DNA from: a virus
Taxonomy: Duplodnaviria; Caudoviricetes
Strand: one strand, 5' to 3'
DNA length: 24,967 bases
Virus record (IMG/VR): IMGVR_UViG_3300008255_000450
Location: 1 to 24,967 of that record
Positions 22,505 to 24,967 of the stretch are shown here, piece by piece (position 1 is the first letter of the stretch; each line of letters opens with the position of its first letter). Below the pieces are notes generated by a model. It made no database searches. It saw nothing but the letters and a program-made list of their open reading frames with translations, and had not been told where the DNA came from. The position numbers and the translations under genes were made by a program.

Positions 22505-24967
22505 GCGCATTTACATCGCAATTGGCGCTGACCTGTCTGGGCTTGAGGACGGGCTGAATGAAGCGGGTCGTGCCGCAAGAGACTCAGCCAATGCAATCGG
22601 GACCTCGTTTCAAAAGGTTGGCAAGACGCTGACAAGTGCTGGCCAGACTATGAGTCTGGCCATCACTGCCCCGCTTGTCGCTTTTGGGACCCATGCCTTC
22701 AAGGCTGCATCCGACGCTCAAGAACTCCAGTCCGCCTTTGACGTCACTTTTGGCGACTTGTCGAAGATGATGAACGAATGGGCTGTCACAACCGGTGATG
22801 CCCTTGGCCGCTCGACCCAAGAAATCCAGGAAGGTGCGAATGCCTTCGGTCTGTATTTCAACCAGGCCGCCAGAACTCGCGAGGAAGCTGCAAAGCTTTC
22901 CCAATCGTTCACAGTCCTAGCGCAAGACCTAGCCTCATTCCACAACACAAGTGTGGACGAGGCTCTGCTTGCGCTGCGTTCTGGTCTGTCTGGCGAGACT
23001 GAACCTCTCCGCCGTTATGGCGTCTTCCTGAACGAGGCGTCAGTCCAGGCCAAGGCTCTTGAAATGGGCCTTGTCCCTGTCAACGGGAAGCTGACTGACC
23101 AGCAGAAGATTATGGCGCGTTCCGCCATCATCATGGAGAAGACTGCTGACGCCCAGGGCGACGTCATGCGTACATCGACAAGTTCGGCCAACGAGCTAAG
23201 GTCGCTCGGTGCTGCTTGGGATGAGTTGAGCGTTTCGCTTGGTCAGATCCTTCTGCCTGTCATCACCCCGATCGTCCGTTCGCTTTCGGACATGGCAAAG
23301 CAGTTTTCCTCGCTAGACCCCGCTGTCCAAAAAACGATCGTCACAATTGCGGGGATCGCAGCAGTCATGGGCCCAGTGCTTGTTGTCGTTGGGATGGTTG
23401 TCTCATCGATCGGCACACTGATCACCGCCTTTGCCCCGCTTGTTGGGGCAGTCACAGGCTTGTTTGGGGCTGGCGGCGTTTTTGCCGGGGCATTCTCGTC
23501 GCTGTCAGCTTTCTCTGCGATGATTTCCCTCATTGGGGGTGCACTTGCACCTGTGCTCGTTCCGCTTGCGGCACTTGCAGCTGTTGGCGCGGTTATCTGG
23601 GCAAACTGGGACAAGATCGCGCCCGTCCTGGCTGAGTTTGGCAAGAAGATCCAGGAGGTGCTTGGTCCTAAGCTTGCTGAGCTTTTCGAGACAGTCAAGA
23701 CCGCAGCCATGGAACTCTGGGAGGGGCCGTTTGGCGACGCCATCCGTGTCGTGATCGATTTCCTCGGTGAGTTTGCCGCCGCCTATCTCTCCGTCCTTGG
23801 CGAAGGCCTTGTCCGGGTGTTGAGCGCGGCAATTGATATTGTGACGGGAGCGTTCAAGATCATTGGCGACGCGATTGGCTTGGTTATTGCTCTTCTTCAG
23901 GGCGACTGGGCAAAAGCCTGGGAATACGCCAAAAGCATCGTGGTAACCCTCGTTGAAACCATTCTCAACGTGGTCAACAGCCTCGTGCCTGGCGCAACTG
24001 ATGCAATGAAGCGTCTTTACGACGGCGTGAAGGAGTGGCTGCAAACCAAGCTTAACGCCGTTTGGGACTGGGTCATTGGTAAGGTGGAAACCGTCAAGAC
24101 CGCTTTCTTCGACCTCTATGATGCGGTTGTTGGGAACAGCTACATTCCTGACATGGTTGACGGCATCCAGTCGAATATGGCTCGGCTGCAGGCCGTTATG
24201 GTGGATCCGGTTCGGAAGGCCACTGACTCTGCCAAGCAGGCCTTCCGCGATCTTGCCGCCGACACCGCGTCGCTCCTTGACTCGCTTTTCCCGCTTGAGG
24301 CTCAGCTCCAGCGGATCGCTGCCGAGATGTCGACGCTTGACCGAGCCAAGGCCGCAGGCCTTGTTGACCAGTCAACGTACGACGCTGCACGCGACCGCTT
24401 GTCTTCGGAAAGGCTTGATGTCCGTCGCCAACAACAGGGTGACATCCCGCTTGCTGTGCTTCAGGACGGTAGCCAGCCTCTCATCGACTTGACAGAGTCG
24501 CTTGAGGGTCTGACCCAAGTTGCTGTTCAGCTCCCCGAGATGATGACTGAAGCGCAGCAGGCGCTTTACGATTTTGGCGACAGGCTTGGTAACGACATCA
24601 TGGGTGGCATCGCCTCCGTCTTGACCGGCCGGTCAAGCCTGAAGGATGCCGTCAAGAACCTTTTTGCAAGGTTCATGGAAGACACGATTGTTAGTGCTCT
24701 CCGTAACCTTGAAACCTCGGCCTTTGGCGACCAAGGCCTAGGCGGGTTCTTCGGGACGGTGCTGTCGTCGTTCCTTGGTGGCGGCAGCCGGGCTGTTGGT
24801 GGACCGACGCTCCCTGGTCGGGCATATGACGTGGGCTTCGGTGAAAAGTTTGTGCCCGGAATGCACGGACGGATCCTGTCGAGGTCTGACGCCATGAAGG
24901 CTGTCGGTGGCGGGGGTGGACCCAGCAAACTGGAAATCAACATTAACGGCGCCCGTGGCAATCGCGA
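22479..24967 (+). CDS. Tail tape measure protein; runs off the window edge
   Basis: Not in the ORF track because it has no stop in the window. Starts MSAIGTLLERIYIAIGADLSGL...; Ala/Gly-rich and helical; the same frame at the far end reads GSRAVGGPTLPGRAYDVG. Confidence 0.92.
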   Translation, partial: MSAIGTLLERIYIAIGADLSGLEDGLNEAGRAARDSANAIGTSFQKVGKTLTSAGQTMSLAITAPLVAFGTHAFKAASDAQELQSAFDVTFGDLSKMMNEWAVTTGDALGRSTQEIQEGANAFGLYFNQAARTREEAAKLSQSFTVLAQDLASFHNTSVDEALLALRSGLSGETEPLRRYGVFLNEASVQAKALEMGLVPVNGKLTDQQKIMARSAIIMEKTADAQGDVMRTSTSSANELRSLGAAWDELSVSLGQILLPVITPIVRSLSDMAKQFSSLDPAVQKTIVTIAGIAAVMGPVLVVVGMVVSSIGTLITAFAPLVGAVTGLFGAGGVFAGAFSSLSAFSAMISLIGGALAPVLVPLAALAAVGAVIWANWDKIAPVLAEFGKKIQEVLGPKLAELFETVKTAAMELWEGPFGDAIRVVIDFLGEFAAAYLSVLGEGLVRVLSAAIDIVTGAFKIIGDAIGLVIALLQGDWAKAWEYAKSIVVTLVETILNVVNSLVPGATDAMKRLYDGVKEWLQTKLNAVWDWVIGKVETVKTAFFDLYDAVVGNSYIPDMVDGIQSNMARLQAVMVDPVRKATDSAKQAFRDLAADTASLLDSLFPLEAQLQRIAAEMSTLDRAKAAGLVDQSTYDAARDRLSSERLDVRRQQQGDIPLAVLQDGSQPLIDLTESLEGLTQVAVQLPEMMTEAQQALYDFGDRLGNDIMGGIASVLTGRSSLKDAVKNLFARFMEDTIVSALRNLETSAFGDQGLGGFFGTVLSSFLGGGSRAVGGPTLPGRAYDVGFGEKFVPGMHGRILSRSDAMKAVGGGGGPSKLEININGARGNR

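Noticed and set aside
22584-24961. Several short ORFs on both strands at the window end
   Set aside because: All lie within the tape measure reading frame, which the track omitted because it has no stop in the window.
13266-24967. Host-encoded gene transfer agent cluster
   Set aside because: It is contiguous with phage polymerase, primase-helicase and early genes, and no host housekeeping genes are present.

Overview
This window is a segment of a tailed dsDNA phage genome of siphovirus type. The host is probably an alphaproteobacterium, judged from GTA-related virion genes and promoter style. (i) 1-4449, minus strand: a tightly overlapped nucleotide-metabolism/modification operon. It encodes a Zn-finger protein, a class I SAM methyltransferase, a MazG-type NTP pyrophosphohydrolase, a dNMP kinase fused to a uracil-DNA-glycosylase-like domain, a thymidylate-synthase homolog with Asp at the base-specificity position, a dCMP deaminase, and the start of a family A DNA polymerase. 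(ii) 4575-6966: three apparently paralogous helix-rich putative DNA-binding proteins near a divergent promoter region. (iii) 6950-9157: a Zn-finger/TOPRIM/SF3-like primase-helicase ending in an SSB-like DDIPF tail. (iv) 9207-12455: small leftward early-type genes behind repeated TTTACA-N17-TAGAAG promoters with a conserved leader. (v) 12462-12764: a ~300-bp nested imperfect palindrome with GGACA iterons at the strand switch. (vi) 12866-end, plus strand: terminase, HK97-type head, neck and tail genes, a -1 frameshifted tail chaperone and a partial tape measure protein. The best candidate for a new system is the base-modification operon. All protein calls come from motif recognition by eye; no database search was run.
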